Source: Amoebidium appalachense
Taxonomy: Eukaryota > Protista > Ichthyosporea
Reading direction: 5' to 3'
Length of the DNA stretch: 64,000 bases
NCBI GenBank assembly: GCA_963693365.1
Contig: CAVNZM010000014.1
Coordinates: 1,922,001 to 1,986,000 of the forward strand
Under the pieces are notes generated by a model. The model ran no database searches and was not told the DNA's origin. It saw only the letters and a program-made list of their open reading frames with translations. Position numbers and translations under genes: made by a program. Below, in pieces: positions 11,927-64,000 of this stretch; positions within the stretch are counted from its first letter, which is position 1; every line of letters starts with the position of its first letter.

Positions 11927-12730
11927 TTTAAACACTTGGGGCCTGGCCCCCTGCCCCCCTAGTGCGACTACGTTACCGCAAACATTCCCGTATTCCAGTG
12001 TGCTCGGCAATGCTGCTCATGGCCTTCCCGGACTGGTTGTGACCAGTAAAGAGCGCGCCAATTCCTGACCGCCGCCTACAGCAGTGTATGATCTGTTATC
12101 CATATTCGGCAAAAGGGGTCTTGCCCAACCAATGGCTTGAATCCTTGTAACTTTGCTTTATCCATATAAGGTTAGCTGAACACCCCCCTCCAATCATACC
12201 CCCCCCTTCTCTCTAGTAGTAGCTCCTGGCATGCCGCACCCCCCACACAAACACACCCTTTACACGTTATGCGCAGACGTGCCATGCTCGTACACACAAA
12301 ACCCACGATCACACACGTTGCCAAATGATGCTCCCAGGGTTCTACTTGTCGATGCACCCATGGAAACGAAACATGCATACACAAAACGTTCACATAATAT
12401 GCTGTGATAAGCTCACTCGTCCACAAAACACACATGTATGAATGGTTACACACACGGATGCGGGAACAACACACGAGATTCTACAACTTCAAAATATTCA
12501 CTCACTTTGTAACATAGCGTGAATTAAATAACACAGTGCCTTGCATGCTGGCACATAAACTTGTGTGCCACATAAACACGCATCCGTGCACACAAGCGTA
12601 CATATGCCACACGTACACATACACTCGGGCTATGGTCACACAACTGCCACCACCTCTTCGCTCATGGTTTCATGAAGCGCCCACACACACAGCACATGCG
12701 TGTGCCTTATATGGGTAATCCACTTTCGCA

Positions 12731-12776
<46 letters not shown>

Positions 12777-13658
12777 AAGAAAAAAGAAAAAGAAAAAGAA
12801 AACCCTCAGTATCCACTGTCTCCACCTTATTTGCACATTTTTTTTGGATGTGTCAATGTGGGTGCTGGGAAGGGTGGGGGGGCGTGTGTGTGTGTGTGTG
12901 TGGCTGTACGCAGTACGTAGTGCCGAAACCAGCAAAATGATCGTTGGGCACTGCCACACGCTGGGCCAGCCAGCCATGCGTACATTACACGTGTCAGGAT
13001 GTGTAAGGTGATACTTGCAACTTACAGGAAGTACGCATACACTCAATGATTCATTCAGAAGGCTTATTCCGAAGACCAGGTCATTGCAACAAAACAGGAG
13101 GCGAGGGGCTACGTGAATAAGGTGGACTATTGTAAACAATTCAATATATGACATTGTAGAAAGGCATGCATATACACATGCATTATAATTGCCCACTGTG
13201 ATAATAAGGAAGCAAAAACCCTGAGTCTCAAATACGTACACACCCAGTAGAGGTACATATGCCAGTGGCCATGATTGTGAATTCAAACTGTGTGCCCACT
13301 GTATCATGGATGCGTTTGATACCAACCAAATCTGAAAAGTGTCGAACTCTTAAGCCGTATGTTTTTTTCTTTGTGTGGAAGGTGGGAAACAAGATGTTCG
13401 AATTTGTACTTACGTTACCTAGAGTTTCATTTTACCTGCTTCTAATAATATTAGCGAACAGGAGGTGCTCAACGATTGAGGAATTTCATTGCTAGAAATA
13501 TACTGCAACACCAGAATCATATCCGAAGTTCCCCAACAGTCAGTCAGCACAAGAGTGGCACACAATTAAACACCACTAAGAACAGTAACGGAACATAACC
13601 CTACACCAGCACTATACGCCAGCAACTCTTCGTCCTTGACCTACACACAATCCTTAAG

Positions 13659-13705
<47 letters not shown>

Positions 13706-13725
13706 CGGCCCCCCGGGAGCTATTT

Positions 13726-61767
<48,042 letters not shown>

Positions 61768-62052
61768 CTGTGTTGGGGGAAAAAAAAAAAAAAAAAAAAA
61801 AACGTGTGCAGAGAACAGGTGGTGACAAGCAAGGGGGGAGGGGGGGGAGGGGGAGGGGGGGGGGGGGGGAGGGGGGCGGGGAGGGGGTGGGGAGGGGAGG
61901 GGGGGGGGGGGGGGAGAACGAAGGGGGGAGGGGGGAAGAGGGAGGGGGGTCGGGGGAGGGGGGGAGGGGCGGACGGGATGGGGGGGAAGGGGAAGGGGGT
62001 AAAGAAATTGGGGGGGGGGGGGGGGGGGAGGTGACGGAGGGCGGGGGAGGCG

Positions 62053-62084
<32 letters not shown>

Positions 62085-62237
62085 GTTAAGAATGTGGGAC
62101 ACGGAACGAGGTACAACTTCACGATAAGAGGCACACGCGCAGGCCAACAGCCAAGTATGCAGACAACAGGATCGTGCACGGTGTGATAATCACACAGGCA
62201 GAAAATTTCTTCAGGGGTGGGAAGTGGAGGAGAGGGG

Positions 62238-62270
<33 letters not shown>

Positions 62271-62399
62271 TGTATGCGTTAGAGGGTTGGAAATATGGAG
62301 GAGACAACAAAGAGCAACAACAAAAACATCCAAAAATGAGAAGCGTGCAGGCAGAAGACACTTGAACAGAGCCCATCATCGTCGGGGGGGGGGGGGGAG

Positions 62400-62438
<39 letters not shown>

Positions 62439-63179
62439 AGATGGTTGGAGCACACAGGAGAAAGGGAAAAAGAATTGAGATTAGGACCGTTGCCGACAAA
62501 AAGAAAACTGAAAAAATAGGACAAGGTTGTAGATATATGAAGTTGAATGTGCCAGTGCAAGGCAGCCAGGGTAGTGAGGAGAGGTAGCCCAACGAGGAAA
62601 CCGGAAAGAAAAACAAAGTCAAGAGACAAAACGAAATGAGAGAGCTCAGGATTTTTTTGTTATGTAAGTGAGGAAACAGAAAGGCGGAGAAGAAGGTGAT
62701 ATGGGGACGGGGAGTGAAGGCGAGAGAAAGAGGGAGGCACGCGCTTACATGTGATAGAAAGAGAGATGGAGAGATATATAGTATATAGAGAGAGGGAGAG
62801 TGTGTGTGTGTGTGCCTGCGTGCGCTTGTGAGTGCATGCATGTGTGCATGTGTGTGTGCGTGTGGTGTATGTGTGTGTGTCTGTGTGCGTCTGTGTGCGT
62901 GTGTGTGTGTGTGTGCGTGTGTGCGTGTGTGAGTGCATGGCTGGGTGGCTGGGTGTGTGTGTGTGTTGGGGGGGGGGGGGTCGGCGGGCAGGTGGGTTGG
63001 TGGGTGAGCAAGAAGGGGAGAGAGGACGAGGAGGGGGGGGGAGGGGTTGGGGGGAGGGGGGGAGCAGAGAGAGAGCAAGGGAGAAAGAGAGTGAGGCATG
63101 AGATAGAGAAAGTGAAAGAGAGAGAAAGAGACATTTTGTGTGTATGGTGCATGCCCGTGTGCAAGGGTGTGTATGTGTG

Positions 63180-63233
<54 letters not shown>

Positions 63234-63401
63234 CGCGCACGTGTGTGTGTGCATGCGTGCATGCGTGCGTGTGTGCGTGGGAGGGGGGAGGGGGAGGCAG
63301 GGGGGGAAGGGGGGAGGGGCTCGAGGGCGAGAAGGGAACAGAGACAGACACACACACACACACAGGCAGACACACACACACAGAGAGAGAGAGAGAGAGC
63401 G

Positions 63402-63662
<261 letters not shown>

Positions 63663-63808
63663 CATCTTGTGTGTGCGCGCTCGTGCGCTCGTGTGTGGTT
63701 GTGTGTGGTTGGGGGGAAGGGTTCGTGTGTGCGTGTGCGCGTGTGTGCGTGTGCGTGTGTGCGTGTGTGTGTGCGCGCGCACTCATGTGCAGGCGTGTTT
63801 GTGTGTAT

Positions 63809-63971
<163 letters not shown>

Positions 63972-64000
63972 TGCGTGTGTGCTTGTGTGTGGACGTCCGT

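Noticed and set aside
12636-13495. 229-aa and 78-aa ORFs between the transposase and the NUP188 3' end
   Set aside because: No recognisable motifs, and the 229-aa frame runs through homopolymers. Probably UTR or intergenic sequence.

Overview
Eukaryotic genomic DNA, very rich in (CA/TG)n microsatellites and poly-G/C tracts. An intron-rich opisthokont protist is my guess, but the sequence does not establish this. Almost all ORFs in the six-frame track are low-complexity artefacts. Splicing by hand gives three real genes. (1) The last coding exon of ribosomal protein L29 (+, 290-367). (2) A six-exon, ~1,540-aa DDE transposase-like gene (-, 4023-11926). It has Mutator/IS256/ISL3-type motifs, an intact WRN/EXD2-like DEDDy 3'-5' exonuclease inserted inside the catalytic core, and one frameshift in a homopolymer. 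(3) A NUP188-like nucleoporin gene of about 48 kb with many exons (-, ~13726 to at least 61767; start exon not identified). The NUP188 introns carry a ~452-bp repeat family whose copies are co-oriented, anchored at G-tracts and partly tandem. A second family shares a core with it that resembles a permuted hammerhead ribozyme. The introns also hold hairpin MITE-like elements and many local tandem duplications of the gene's own splice junctions. Protein family assignments come from remembered motifs, not from database searches.
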